Source: a virus (taxonomy: Duplodnaviria > Caudoviricetes). From it: a DNA stretch of 42,708 nt. The position numbers and the translations under genes are program-made. Where the stretch lies: positions 1 to 42,708 of the IMG/VR virus record IMGVR_UViG_3300008255_000037; one strand, 5' to 3'. Under the pieces are notes generated by a model. The model was not told where the DNA came from and searched no databases. It saw nothing but the letters and a program-made list of their open reading frames with translations. Below are positions 16,301 to 26,835 of the stretch, piece by piece (positions within the stretch are counted from its first letter, which is position 1; every line of letters begins with the position of its first letter).

Positions 16301-16564
16301 ATGGATAATATAAAATTAATAACTCATAGAATAGATGACCTTAAAGACTCTGTTAATGAAAGGTTAGATCGTATAGATGCCAATCTTGCCGAGCACATGA
16401 GACGGACAGACGTTTTAGAACAATTACACAGAGATAATCAAGAAAGAATACAGTTATTAGAAGAACCTAGAAAAGCTCTTCTTTTCCTTAAAAATGTGTT
16501 AATATATGTATCAGTAACATCAGGTGCAATAATAAGTATACTTAAACTATTAGGAAAAATATGA
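16301..16564 (+). CDS. Coiled-coil protein with C-terminal TM (XhlA/holin-like)
   Basis: Heptad repeats followed by one hydrophobic helix. Confidence 0.5.
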   Translation: MDNIKLITHRIDDLKDSVNERLDRIDANLAEHMRRTDVLEQLHRDNQERIQLLEEPRKALLFLKNVLIYVSVTSGAIISILKLLGKI

Positions 16565-16887
16565 CTATAAAAGAAAGAATACAGTTACTTTGGGACCAAA
16601 ACGGAGCTGTACATAGTGCGTATCCTTCTGTAGCTAACGCTACTAAATGGTGTGAGGATCTTTTAGAACTTCCTGAAAATGTAGCCGATACATTATTAAC
16701 AGCCGTAGAAATAAAAGATGCCTTTTTAAAAAAGCAGTTTGAAGACACAGAGTATATTAGATTAAGACAAGCAGTCTACCCTTCTATGGCAGATCAATTA
16801 GATATTATTTTTCACGGCGGTTTAGAAGCATGGCATTTAGAAATTCAAAGAATTAAGGATTTATATCCTAAACCAGAGGAGATATAA
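16561..16887 (+). CDS. Tail fibre assembly/chaperone-like protein
   Basis: YIRLRQAVYPSMADQLD...IKDLYPKP motif. Confidence 0.7.
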   Translation: MTIKERIQLLWDQNGAVHSAYPSVANATKWCEDLLELPENVADTLLTAVEIKDAFLKKQFEDTEYIRLRQAVYPSMADQLDIIFHGGLEAWHLEIQRIKDLYPKPEEI

Positions 16888-17225
16888 TGAGAGTTGAAAC
16901 AGGTGATTTAGTTTTAAGCAGCACGAGTCTTGCATCCTCACTTACATCAAGTGGGATCTTTGTAGAAAGGTGTACAGAATATAGTATACAACTGGTTTTC
17001 ACAGGCACTCCTGTAGGAGAGTTTAAGTTACAAGGGTCTTTAGATGCAGGAACACCCTCTAACTGGACAGACATAACCGGATCTGAAGAATCAGTAACAG
17101 AAGCCGGTGATATTCTTTGGAACGCTCAGGGTGTAGGGTATAGATGGGTTAGATTAATATACACCTCTACATCTGGATCAGGGACATTAACAGTATATAG
17201 AAGTCTTTGTAAAGGTACTGAGTAA
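16887..17225 (+). CDS. Putative virion beta-sandwich protein
   Basis: SIQ...G...LQGSLD...W...YRWVRL.YT..SGSGTL pattern. Confidence 0.6.
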   Translation: MRVETGDLVLSSTSLASSLTSSGIFVERCTEYSIQLVFTGTPVGEFKLQGSLDAGTPSNWTDITGSEESVTEAGDILWNAQGVGYRWVRLIYTSTSGSGTLTVYRSLCKGTE

Positions 17226-17710
17226 TGGCTACAAAGCTGATAAAATTACCTCCTCCTCCAGGTCTTAAAAAAGCTGTCATATATGATCAGAAACCCGCTG
17301 CGACACAAGGAGGTACTTTTACTAGTGGTGCTTGGAGAACAAGGGATTTAAATACCATAGAAGGGGATACAGGAGTAGTTAGTATCTCAAGCAATCAATT
17401 TAGTCTGCAAGCAGGCTCATATATGATATATGCAACGGCACCTGCTAGGGATGTTGATCAACATCAAACTAGGCTTTATAATGTTACGACCTCTAGTGTA
17501 GCGGCAGTAGGAACTGCTGAAAAGGTTTCAAAAGGAGCTCAGTGTCCTACATCAGTACTATCTACCACATTAAACATAGGGTCAGCGTCAACATTCGAAT
17601 TACAACATAAATGTTTAACTTCTTTCGGGACATCTGGATTTGGCACTTCATCAGGAATATTCTCTGGACAAGTAGATATATATGCTTCTTTAATAATATT
17701 AAAACTATAA
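17225..17710 (+). CDS. C1q/TNF-like fibre-tip domain protein, paralogue 1
   Basis: DQKP...GGTFT.GAWRTRDLNT...NQFSLQAGSY.I...APA motif. Confidence 0.6.
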   Translation: MATKLIKLPPPPGLKKAVIYDQKPAATQGGTFTSGAWRTRDLNTIEGDTGVVSISSNQFSLQAGSYMIYATAPARDVDQHQTRLYNVTTSSVAAVGTAEKVSKGAQCPTSVLSTTLNIGSASTFELQHKCLTSFGTSGFGTSSGIFSGQVDIYASLIILKL

Positions 17711-17716
17711 GGACCT

Positions 17717-18187
17717 ATGGCAAGTAAGATAAAAGATTTACCATTTATACCAAGTGAAGCAAATGTTTTTTTAGTAAAAAGAGAAGTCCCTACTAATACT
17801 GAAGGAGCACCTACAATTGGAAAAGTATGGTCTGTAGTATATGTAAACAGTGTAGAAGGAGACACTTCTTTAGCTAGTATAACAGCTAATCAAATAACAA
17901 TACAACCAGGGACTTATGTTGTAAAAATATTTCATGAACAAAATGCTGCTTCAGGAGTCTCTGCATGCAGGTTGTATGATGTGGATAATTCTTTAACTGC
18001 CATTAAAGGAAGTAGTAATATCGCTGACGATGTGACAATTACTATGGAGTTACAAGGAATACTCACTGTAAATACTGCCACAACATATGAAATACAGGTG
18101 TACAAAGCTAGTTCTGGAACACTCCAAGGAGTTCGTTGTAACTATGGAAACGAAGTATTTGTAACAGGGTTTTTTCTAAGATTATAA
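17717..18187 (+). CDS. C1q/TNF-like fibre-tip domain protein, paralogue 2 (diverged)
   Basis: Shares VEGDT, NQITIQPGTY, RLYDV, TTYEIQ with its neighbours. Confidence 0.55.
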   Translation: MASKIKDLPFIPSEANVFLVKREVPTNTEGAPTIGKVWSVVYVNSVEGDTSLASITANQITIQPGTYVVKIFHEQNAASGVSACRLYDVDNSLTAIKGSSNIADDVTITMELQGILTVNTATTYEIQVYKASSGTLQGVRCNYGNEVFVTGFFLRL

Positions 18188-18194
18188 GGAAAAT

Positions 18195-18692
18195 ATGTCT
18201 ACTAAAATAAATTTATTACCTGCAGTAAAGGGAAAGAAAAAGGCAGTAATAACTGATCAAAAACCTTCAGGAGTTAATGGAGGAACTTTTACTCAAGGTT
18301 CATTTATCACTAGAACATTAAATACTATAGAAGGAGATACTGATATAGTTAGTTTAAATTCTAATCAGTTCACAATACAGCCTGGGACATATCTTATATG
18401 GGGATCTGCTCCAGCATATTATGTTAATTATCATAAAGTACAATTATATGACATAACAAATTCAATGATTAAAGTTCAAGGAATGAGTTCTTATGCTACT
18501 ATAGCGGGTAGCACAAGTTCTACAAAAAGATCGTTTTTTACAGCATATGCTGTATTAACAGTTCCTACCACTTATGAGGTCAGACATAGGTGCTCTTCTA
18601 CGTCAGCATCTACTGGATTAGGGATAGCATCTTCAATGGGAGAGGTTGAGATATATACAGAGGTAAGCATAATACAATTAGAGGAGGCATAG
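18195..18692 (+). CDS. C1q/TNF-like fibre-tip domain protein, paralogue 3
   Basis: DQKP...GGTFT...TRTLNTIEGDT...NQFTIQPGTY...APA. Confidence 0.6.
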   Translation: MSTKINLLPAVKGKKKAVITDQKPSGVNGGTFTQGSFITRTLNTIEGDTDIVSLNSNQFTIQPGTYLIWGSAPAYYVNYHKVQLYDITNSMIKVQGMSSYATIAGSTSSTKRSFFTAYAVLTVPTTYEVRHRCSSTSASTGLGIASSMGEVEIYTEVSIIQLEEA

Positions 18693-18826
18693 TGAAAAAA
18701 CAAGAAGTTACAATAGACTTACAGGTATTACAAGAAGTTATAGACTATTTACAGTTAAAGCCTTATAATGAAGTCAGTCAATTGATAAGTAAAATTATAC
18801 AAGAAGTCAATAAGGAAAAGGAATAA
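18692..18826 (+). CDS. 44-aa small tail-associated protein (absent from the ORF track)
   Basis: GAGGAGG RBS, GTG start, YLQLKPYNEVSQLI motif. Confidence 0.65.
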   Translation: MKKQEVTIDLQVLQEVIDYLQLKPYNEVSQLISKIIQEVNKEKE

Positions 18827-18828
18827 AT

Positions 18829-20790
18829 ATGAGCGATGGGTTTTCAAAATTTAAGAAAGGCATACAATTAGATCCACAATCAGCCGATCCTAGTAACCCT
18901 GCTGAGGGAGATCAATTTTACTCAGACGGTACATCCAGAGCTAAAGGTATGTGGCAATATAAAGACGGTGCATGGGCGGAATTTGGAGGAGCAGGCAGTT
19001 CCGGTATTAACTATATGGTTGATGATAATAACAATGCTGAGAATGGCATAGGGGATTGGGTTACATACGCAGATGCTGCTGGCGAAAATGCTGTAGACGG
19101 AACCGGTGGGACAGCCTTATATACTACTTTTACCCAAAACACTACTACACCTTTAAGAGATACGGCTGATTTTAAATTAGCTAAAACGGCAAATAATGCT
19201 CAAGGTGAAGGAGCTTCTTGCGCCTTTACTATTGATAAGGCTGATAAAGCTAAGAAACAAACAATTAGCTTTGACTATGATGCAAGCCATGCTGGGTATG
19301 CAGATGATGATATTCGTTTATCAGTATATGATGTAACTAACGCCACACTAATTCGCATTAATGGTGAAGATCTGAAAGGCGGTAAAGGTACTCATTATGC
19401 TCAATTCCAAACAGCAAGTGATTCAACTTCTTATAGACTAATTGCTCATGTTAGTTCAACTAACGCTACTGCTTATGATGTCTTCTTTGACAACGTAAAG
19501 GTAGGACCAACTAATCTAGCTTTCGGTACGATAGTTACTGATTGGGAATCCACTACTCCAGTTGTCAAAGGTACTACAGCAGATCCTATACTGGGAACTA
19601 CCGGGATAACTAACTTAAGTTACAGAAGAGTAGGAGATAGTTTAGAAGGGAATGTTTCTATATATCAGAGTGCAGCAGGTACAAATGGTACTGGAAGTTA
19701 TTATATACAACTACCAAATGGTTTGACCATAGATTCAACTAAATACCCTTTTAATACTTCTTCAACACCTAGAAAAAATCTAGGAGATGCAGCTATTACA
19801 GTAAATGGTACTAGATATGAAGGTACTTCAATTCTTCAAGAATCTTCTGGAAGTTTCCTAGGTATATCCGCATATATATTTAATGATGTTAGTGGTATAG
19901 GAGAGTGGAACGCAGGTACTCATCCATTTAATACAGGAACTTATGATATACAAATGACATTCACTGTACCAATTCAAGGCTGGTCATCTAATGCAAAAAT
20001 GAGTGAAGATCTTGGTGGAAGAGAAATAGTTGTATCTGCTTATTCAAATGGAAATGAGACTATAGGCGCTAATACAGCAATACCTTTTAGTACTACGGGT
20101 AGAGATACAACTGGTTCATGGTCTGGTACAGAATTTACAGTTCCTGAGACTGGAGATTACCATGTGGATATAATACTGCATACGGTAGCAAAAGATGACT
20201 ATTATGGGATTTGGGTTAATGGTTCTAATGATGGATGGGTAGGTAAAACAGATAATAATGATATTGTTAATGGAAATAAGACTCTTTATTTACTCAAAGA
20301 TGATGTTATAAGTGTTAGATTCAATGCTTCTACAACTTTAGTCACTGGTACAAATCATAGAATAAACATAACAAAATTCGCTTCCCCACAAACACAACTA
20401 GAAACTGAAAGAGAAGCAGTAAGAGTCACATGTGACTCAGGTCTTACAGTAACCGCAGGAAGCCCTATTATATTTAATAATATCATTACCAGTGATTCAG
20501 GTTCATATAATAGTTCTACTGGAGTCTATACAGTAAATAAAAATGGTATTATATCTGGATCAGTGAAGGTGAAACCTAGTTCATCTTCTGTAGTAGAAAT
20601 TGGTATAGAAGTAAACGGAACAGAGGTGGAAGTTTTTGAAGCAGGTACTACTGCAAATAGTGTAACAGTACCTTTTGAGGTTCCAGTAAGTAAGGGAGAT
20701 ACTTTTGAAATAACCAACTCAGCAGGGTCCAGTTTAACACTAACTTCATCAGCTTTAAATAACGTATTAACATTTCATAGGGTTAAATAA
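18829..20790 (+). CDS. Tail fibre / receptor-binding protein
   Basis: 653 aa, G/T/S-rich, N-terminal DPS.P.EGD.FY anchor motif, C-terminal C1q-like (FTVPETGDY, YTV...G) domains. Confidence 0.8.
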   Translation: MSDGFSKFKKGIQLDPQSADPSNPAEGDQFYSDGTSRAKGMWQYKDGAWAEFGGAGSSGINYMVDDNNNAENGIGDWVTYADAAGENAVDGTGGTALYTTFTQNTTTPLRDTADFKLAKTANNAQGEGASCAFTIDKADKAKKQTISFDYDASHAGYADDDIRLSVYDVTNATLIRINGEDLKGGKGTHYAQFQTASDSTSYRLIAHVSSTNATAYDVFFDNVKVGPTNLAFGTIVTDWESTTPVVKGTTADPILGTTGITNLSYRRVGDSLEGNVSIYQSAAGTNGTGSYYIQLPNGLTIDSTKYPFNTSSTPRKNLGDAAITVNGTRYEGTSILQESSGSFLGISAYIFNDVSGIGEWNAGTHPFNTGTYDIQMTFTVPIQGWSSNAKMSEDLGGREIVVSAYSNGNETIGANTAIPFSTTGRDTTGSWSGTEFTVPETGDYHVDIILHTVAKDDYYGIWVNGSNDGWVGKTDNNDIVNGNKTLYLLKDDVISVRFNASTTLVTGTNHRINITKFASPQTQLETEREAVRVTCDSGLTVTAGSPIIFNNIITSDSGSYNSSTGVYTVNKNGIISGSVKVKPSSSSVVEIGIEVNGTEVEVFEAGTTANSVTVPFEVPVSKGDTFEITNSAGSSLTLTSSALNNVLTFHRVK

Positions 20791-21263
20791 TGTATAAAAT
20801 AACAGTAATCAACAATGTAAATGGTCGCCAATTTGGTGCAACTTTTGAAACTCAAGAAGAAGCTCAATCTTGGAGAGATAAGCAAATAGCTAAAGAGTCA
20901 TGGGGTAAAAATGCTTATTCAAATAGACTTCCAGAGGATGAAACCCCTCTAGAAGGATTTGTTAGTTCACAAGCATGTGTTCTGCAAGAAGCTATCATTG
21001 ATTCAATAACAGAAGAGGTTCTCACTGAACAAGTAGATGGAATTGAGTACTTTTACGATGTAGAGTACATAATCACAGAAGAAGACTTATCCTTGAATGC
21101 TGATTATGTAAAAAAAGAAGCTTTAGATAAAAGAAAAGCAGAATACGCTAAAATAGATGATCTATTAAAAGAAGCTTTGGTTGAAAAAGAATTAGGAGAT
21201 TCTACTAAATGGAATCAGTATTTAGTACTAAGAACCAATATTAAAACAAATAACCCTTTATAG
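20790..21263 (+). CDS. Tail fibre assembly protein
   Basis: Follows the fibre gene; KRKAEY...EAL...R..IK...P C-terminus. Confidence 0.6.
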   Translation: MYKITVINNVNGRQFGATFETQEEAQSWRDKQIAKESWGKNAYSNRLPEDETPLEGFVSSQACVLQEAIIDSITEEVLTEQVDGIEYFYDVEYIITEEDLSLNADYVKKEALDKRKAEYAKIDDLLKEALVEKELGDSTKWNQYLVLRTNIKTNNPL

Positions 21264-21271
21264 GATATATT

Positions 21272-21475
21272 ATGAAAGACCCTATTTTAGTAAAGAAACA
21301 GAAAGCCCGGGACGCAGCAAAAGCAGCCAGGGAAAAATCCTATGACCTATATAGTACGCAAATGATTGATTTTGGTCATAAAATAGAAAGAACAGAAGAA
21401 GGATCTAAGGAAGAAGCAGATTTGATTAAAAGAAAGAATAGAATAGAAAAAGCGTTTAAAAGGAGCAGGAAATGA
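21272..21475 (+). CDS. Small basic hypothetical protein
   Basis: 67 aa, AGGA RBS. Confidence 0.55.
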   Translation: MKDPILVKKQKARDAAKAAREKSYDLYSTQMIDFGHKIERTEEGSKEEADLIKRKNRIEKAFKRSRK

Positions 21476-21654
21476 GCGACCCTAGAGAAAGAAGCTTAGG
21501 CAGAAAGTTTTTCATAATGGCTAAAGGTCAAGGTAAATACCAAGCCCCTGAGCAAGACCAATCAGCAGCAGCTAAACGAGCCAGAAAAGAATATAGAGAC
21601 AAAGTTTCTAAAGAGCAAGGCAAGCGTTTTTCTCAAACTACACAGGAGAAATAG
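21472..21654 (+). CDS. Small basic hypothetical protein
   Basis: 60 aa, ATGA-coupled. Confidence 0.55.
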   Translation: MSDPRERSLGRKFFIMAKGQGKYQAPEQDQSAAAKRARKEYRDKVSKEQGKRFSQTTQEK

Positions 21655-22638
21655 ATGGCATATATCACTTTAGGAACGGCTCAACAGTTAGTCATAAAGG
21701 TTCCGACTTTAGGAAGCACTGACTGGGGAGATACTCTCAGAACAGATACATTTTTAAAAATAGCAGAGCATGATCACTCAGGATCTGGCTCAGGAACACC
21801 TTTGTCAACAGGAGCTATCAGTGCCGATGCTATTACTGGTGCTAAAATAAGACTAGATAACGACGAGTATATTAGAGCTAGAAACTTTGCTAATAGTGGT
21901 GACATATCTACTATAAAAATAGGGACAGATGATAAACTAGTTATTAATCCCGAAATTAGCACTGTTGTTAAATTAAGTAATAACATAGCTTTACAACATA
22001 GAAATGCAGCAGACTCTGCTTATGTATCTACTATACTATTGAACGCCTCAGATAAAATTGCTTTAGGAGCAGATTTAGCAAACCTGGCTATCATAAATGA
22101 TACGTTTCTAACTGGTCGTAATAACGCGGATTCTGCCTACATCAATCTACTTAAAGTAAATACGTCAGATAAAATAGCAGTAGGTGCCGATTTAGCTAAC
22201 GCCGCCTTAGTAAACAATGTTTCTTTACAACATAGAAACGCCGCTGATTCAGCGTATATAGAGACTTTAAAAGTAAACGCTTCTGATAAAATAGAGCTAG
22301 GAGCCAATGTAGTTTCAGCTAACATAGAGACAGCCTCTACAAGTTTAATAAACACTTTAGCTAGTGCAGTTACATTAGCAGATAACCAAGCAGCCACTAC
22401 TGCTGGTATAGTTACTTTATCTACTGATGAGTCATGTGCTGTTCATTATAGAATAGTTAGAAATGGAGTTACTCAATCAGGTGTGGTAAGATTTAATGAT
22501 GTAGATACTGTGCCAAGTGAGAGTTTTCACGGTACAGATGTAGGTGTTACATTTACCGTAAATGCAGGTGATTTAGAGTACGCTACAACCTCCACAGGAA
22601 ATACAGCGTCTATGACGTATGTAGTTATAAAGGAATAA
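21655..22638 (+). CDS. Fibre/needle-like virion protein with four ~39-aa repeats
   Basis: EHDHSG motif; repeats RN.ADSAY...KVN.SDKI.LGA. Confidence 0.7.
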   Translation: MAYITLGTAQQLVIKVPTLGSTDWGDTLRTDTFLKIAEHDHSGSGSGTPLSTGAISADAITGAKIRLDNDEYIRARNFANSGDISTIKIGTDDKLVINPEISTVVKLSNNIALQHRNAADSAYVSTILLNASDKIALGADLANLAIINDTFLTGRNNADSAYINLLKVNTSDKIAVGADLANAALVNNVSLQHRNAADSAYIETLKVNASDKIELGANVVSANIETASTSLINTLASAVTLADNQAATTAGIVTLSTDESCAVHYRIVRNGVTQSGVVRFNDVDTVPSESFHGTDVGVTFTVNAGDLEYATTSTGNTASMTYVVIKE

Positions 22639-22639
22639 C

Positions 22640-23092
22640 ATGAGTTCGTTTTGGGAAAATGAGAGTTTTAAAGAGGCTGTAAAAAATAGACCTACATCTA
22701 CAGGTAAACTAACAGCAAGTGCTGATAAAGTAGCGGCTAAGAAGGAAGGGTCAGGAAAAACTGGTAAGTACATAGCTGCTGCCAAACTTGCGAAAGGTGT
22801 CTTAGGCGGAGGACAGTCTCAAGAAGGCGGTAATCAAGATACAGGATCTAGCATGGCAGGAGGAGCGCTTTCAGGGGCAGCAGCAGGTGCTTCTTTCGGA
22901 CCTTATGGAGCAGCCGTAGGAGCAGTCGCAGGCGCAGTCATGGGAGCAGCTTCGGCATCATCTGCCCGTAAAGCAGCTAACGCTAAAATAGAGGCTAATA
23001 AAGAAGCAAACCTAGGTAAGATAGCAGAAGATAAAGAAAAAAGAATAGGCGAGGCACTTCATCAAATGGGTGTAAGAATGGCAATCAGATAA
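22640..23092 (+). CDS. Glycine-zipper internal virion (ejection) protein
   Basis: GALSGAAAGASFGPYGAAVGAVAG motif. Confidence 0.7.
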   Translation: MSSFWENESFKEAVKNRPTSTGKLTASADKVAAKKEGSGKTGKYIAAAKLAKGVLGGGQSQEGGNQDTGSSMAGGALSGAAAGASFGPYGAAVGAVAGAVMGAASASSARKAANAKIEANKEANLGKIAEDKEKRIGEALHQMGVRMAIR

Positions 23093-23102
23093 GGATCTTA
23101 TA

Positions 23103-24059
23103 ATGACACGATACGTAAAATATCTTATTGACGACGTGAGACAATCTACAGAAAATACTGATTTCTCTGATACAGTAGGTATTAAAGATGCAGAGTTCTT
23201 AAGATTTATTAACGACGCTCAGTATAGAATACATAATTTAATTGTTCAACAACACCCTTCAGTATTTTTAACTGAATACACTACTTCTATAGTAGCTAAT
23301 CAAGAAGCATATACTTTACCTGTAAAATCATTTATAGGTAATAAAGTTACTCAGGTAGAGTTTACATCACAATCTAGCGGTAATAGTTATTACTACCCTT
23401 TAAGACCAGCCTCCTTATATCAAAGGAGTTCTGGACCAAGCTCAGGAAAAGGATCACCTTCTAAATATATTAGAAAGTCTGGAGCAATACTATTATCACC
23501 TATACCTAGTTCTTCAACGGGATCTCTTAGAATAACTTATACACATAAGCTTCCTAAATTAGACTTAAGAAGAGGTTCTGTAGCAAGTGTCACCTTAGAC
23601 TCATCTACCAATACTATAACCGCCCTTTCTCTTAACGTATCTACAGATACAGTAGATGGGACGGAACTAGATAAATTTACAAGACTTTCTATCTGTGATG
23701 AAGAAGGGAATGTAAAAATGGCTAATATAAAATATACAAACATAGATACAGGAACAGGAGTAGTTACTGTAGATGGGTCATTCACATATGACACCGGGGA
23801 AACAATAGAAGCTGGAAACTATGTTGTAGCTGGCGAATATAGTTCTACCCATACAGAATTAGATGAGTTAGTAGAAAGGTATTTAATAGCATATGCTACT
23901 TTAAAAATCTTTCAGAGAGATAGTAATATAACAGATCTACAAGTACAGCAAGAAATATTACTTTCTATGGAAACAGATATACTATCAGCTTATGCAGAAA
24001 TATCTGACGACATCATGGAGATACCAGAAATAATAAGTGATGACGATTCTTGGTTCTAG
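23103..24059 (+). CDS. Head-tail adaptor / tail tubular protein
   Basis: EFLRFINDAQ, Y.LP, I.L.P.P...LRITY motifs. Confidence 0.7.
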   Translation: MTRYVKYLIDDVRQSTENTDFSDTVGIKDAEFLRFINDAQYRIHNLIVQQHPSVFLTEYTTSIVANQEAYTLPVKSFIGNKVTQVEFTSQSSGNSYYYPLRPASLYQRSSGPSSGKGSPSKYIRKSGAILLSPIPSSSTGSLRITYTHKLPKLDLRRGSVASVTLDSSTNTITALSLNVSTDTVDGTELDKFTRLSICDEEGNVKMANIKYTNIDTGTGVVTVDGSFTYDTGETIEAGNYVVAGEYSSTHTELDELVERYLIAYATLKIFQRDSNITDLQVQQEILLSMETDILSAYAEISDDIMEIPEIISDDDSWF

Positions 24060-24068
24060 GAGATCATT

Positions 24069-26522
24069 TTGGCAAACACTATAAGTAAATACTATAACAA
24101 TATATTAGGACTAGATTTAAGGGTATCTGACCTTACTAGAAATAGCAATGCCGCTACAGGTGCTACTAACGTCCTGTTACGCCAAACTGGCGCTTTAACC
24201 AAAAGAAATGGGTTCCAGATAAATACAGAGATAGGGACTGGCGGAGCTGGTCTTATTAAATACAATAACGTAGATTTAGGTACAGGAACCATAACCGAAG
24301 AGTTATTAAGTATAGACGATTCTTTGTATCAATATACTCAACAGACATTTACTATAACATATACAGGATCAAACACCGCTTACTATGACTTATATTTAGA
24401 TCCAGATACAGCTATATTTAAATTTGATATGTACGATAACAATGCTAATGTATTAGCTTTAGACTTAGGTACCGGGGAAGAGGCTAGTCCTGTAACCATA
24501 TCTAATTTAAAGACAAACGTAGATGCTGTCTCAGATTTTTCTATGGCAATAACAGACGCAGGATCAACCCCAGCTGCTTACTCAAAAATAGTTAGAAGTA
24601 AAAACCTAGATTCTATAGGCGTAGATAATTATTATTATACCTGGGAACTAATACCTTCACCAGGTACATACACAACTCCTTTTACAGCTCACTGGGCTAC
24701 TAGACAGAACGCTGATTTTGAAATAGCCAGTCATGCCCAACTGTTAGATGTATTATACATAGCAAATGGTTATGATGCTCTACATAAATATGATGGTAAC
24801 AGGATATACAAAGCAGGTCTTCCTAAACCTACAACCCCTACAGAGGGGGTAGGAGCAGGATCTGCTTTAACAGCAGGGAATTACTCTTGGAAATACACTT
24901 ATGAACATACAGACGCTAAACAAAATATATTGACCAGTAAAGATAGCTCTACTGTATCTTTTACTAGTGCAGGCTCTGATAGCAGAACTATAACAATGAC
25001 ACATTTAACAGCGGCTTCAGGATATGGTACGGCGGAGGCTACTTGTGACTCTACTAATGCATCTACTCTAACAATATCTGTTGCAACAGGACATGACCTG
25101 TTAGCAGGGGACGAAGTATATATAAATGACTCTATATCCGGAGAAGTTGTAAAAAGGTCTGTAGTATCTGTTACAGCAACTACTGTAGTAGTAGATAGCC
25201 TAGTGGGCGTTACTAGTGGAGATACTATAAGCCAGACAAAGCTCACTTTATGGAGAACAAAATCAGGTGGAGCTATATATTACTTAGTAAAAGAATTTGT
25301 TAATGACGCTACAACAGCAACAGTAGCTTACGATGATGTAAACGCTGACTCCGCTATTCTTATAGATAAAATAGATTCCATAAAGATACCGGAACTACCT
25401 CCTTCATGCAGATATATTGATGTCTGGCGAGGGCAATTAGTCATGACAGGAGATAGAGAGAATGTAAATACTGTATACTACAGTGACTTCGATGGCGAGA
25501 GTTTTCCTACAGACCAGTCTTTTATAACAGAAGCTAGGCTAGGTGGCGGTAATAGTGGAATCAAGTCTCTGGATAATACTTTGTTTGTATTTAAACCAAG
25601 ATCAATAATAACTTGTACAGGTGACCTAGGTACAGATCAATTCCAAATAGACGGAATGGCTGATGATGGCGTAGGCTGTGTGGCAAACGCTACTATAAAA
25701 GAACTAGAAGGCAGAGTGTGGTTTTTAGGCAAACTAGGTATTTACTCTGTAAACAGGGAAGGTCCTAAAAAAGAAAGTGAAGTAATAGAGCCTAAATTCC
25801 CGGGATCATATTCCGCAAAAAGGGCTATAGCCCATTACTGGATAGAAAAAGACCTTTATATGATACACCTACCTATATTTACTTTAGATGGAAGCTCAAA
25901 TAAGTATATGGAAACCACTTCTTTTATATTAGTATACGACTTATATAGACAAGCCTGGTATGAGTGGAACACTATCAATTTTACTGGAGGAATAGCAGAA
26001 TACAATGGAAACATTTACACATCAGGCTTTGCTATAGATCCTAGCGATTCACTATCTAAACAGTATACCTATAAATTGTTGGACACTGGTTCTTCAGATG
26101 ATTATGCAGACCATGTAACCGGAATATCATTTAACTACAAAACCCACTGGGAAGCTCTGGGAGAACCATCTATATTTAAGAAGTTCTTAAGGATAAAGGT
26201 ACATTCTTTAGACGGAACTATAAATGATTTTGAGTCAGATAAGTTTCAATTAGCTATTGATACAGAACACGACTATAGACCTGTTACGGAAGCTAGTTTG
26301 TCTCTAGATTTTTCAGGGGGTATAGAAGGATGGGGCATAACCCCTTGGGGACATTTTAACTGGGGAGAATCTAGATTAGAGCAGTTAATGAGTAAGTTAT
26401 CCAGTAAAAAAGCTAAGTCTCTTAGAGTTATCTTTAGTAATAGTGAAATACATCAAAATATATTAATTTCTGGGTATGAGTTAGAAATAGCTGCTCCTTA
26501 TGACATACAATTGAAGGAGTAA
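24069..26522 (+). CDS. Tail hub / DNA stabilization protein (P22 gp10-like)
   Basis: TTG start; G.L.KRNG, VYYSD, LFVFK, GVGCVA, VWFL, KKFLR beta-propeller pattern. Confidence 0.8.
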   Translation: MANTISKYYNNILGLDLRVSDLTRNSNAATGATNVLLRQTGALTKRNGFQINTEIGTGGAGLIKYNNVDLGTGTITEELLSIDDSLYQYTQQTFTITYTGSNTAYYDLYLDPDTAIFKFDMYDNNANVLALDLGTGEEASPVTISNLKTNVDAVSDFSMAITDAGSTPAAYSKIVRSKNLDSIGVDNYYYTWELIPSPGTYTTPFTAHWATRQNADFEIASHAQLLDVLYIANGYDALHKYDGNRIYKAGLPKPTTPTEGVGAGSALTAGNYSWKYTYEHTDAKQNILTSKDSSTVSFTSAGSDSRTITMTHLTAASGYGTAEATCDSTNASTLTISVATGHDLLAGDEVYINDSISGEVVKRSVVSVTATTVVVDSLVGVTSGDTISQTKLTLWRTKSGGAIYYLVKEFVNDATTATVAYDDVNADSAILIDKIDSIKIPELPPSCRYIDVWRGQLVMTGDRENVNTVYYSDFDGESFPTDQSFITEARLGGGNSGIKSLDNTLFVFKPRSIITCTGDLGTDQFQIDGMADDGVGCVANATIKELEGRVWFLGKLGIYSVNREGPKKESEVIEPKFPGSYSAKRAIAHYWIEKDLYMIHLPIFTLDGSSNKYMETTSFILVYDLYRQAWYEWNTINFTGGIAEYNGNIYTSGFAIDPSDSLSKQYTYKLLDTGSSDDYADHVTGISFNYKTHWEALGEPSIFKKFLRIKVHSLDGTINDFESDKFQLAIDTEHDYRPVTEASLSLDFSGGIEGWGITPWGHFNWGESRLEQLMSKLSSKKAKSLRVIFSNSEIHQNILISGYELEIAAPYDIQLKE

Positions 26523-26523
26523 T

Positions 26524-26826
26524 ATGAAATTTAACTTGGAAAGGATTAAAGATATAGTAAATCTAACAAGACAGTTATCTGTAGGTTTAAGGGATTTATC
26601 CTTTATAGATAACTTTATATCCTTCGAAAAAACCGTGGAATTACCAGCTACTACAGAGGTAAGGGTCCGAAATGAATTGAATATATCGCCTACTAGGTAT
26701 ATAATAGTGTCACAAGAGGGTAATGGTCTTATAACTAAAGGCACTACTGAGTGGACTAATGATTTCTTGTATTTATATAATAATGGAGCAGTAACAGTAA
26801 CTATAAAAGTTATATTTTTTAAATAG
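26524..26826 (+). CDS. Small tail-associated protein
   Basis: 100 aa after the hub gene; L..L.F.DNF motif. Confidence 0.6.
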   Translation: MKFNLERIKDIVNLTRQLSVGLRDLSFIDNFISFEKTVELPATTEVRVRNELNISPTRYIIVSQEGNGLITKGTTEWTNDFLYLYNNGAVTVTIKVIFFK

Positions 26827-26835
26827 GAGTATTTA

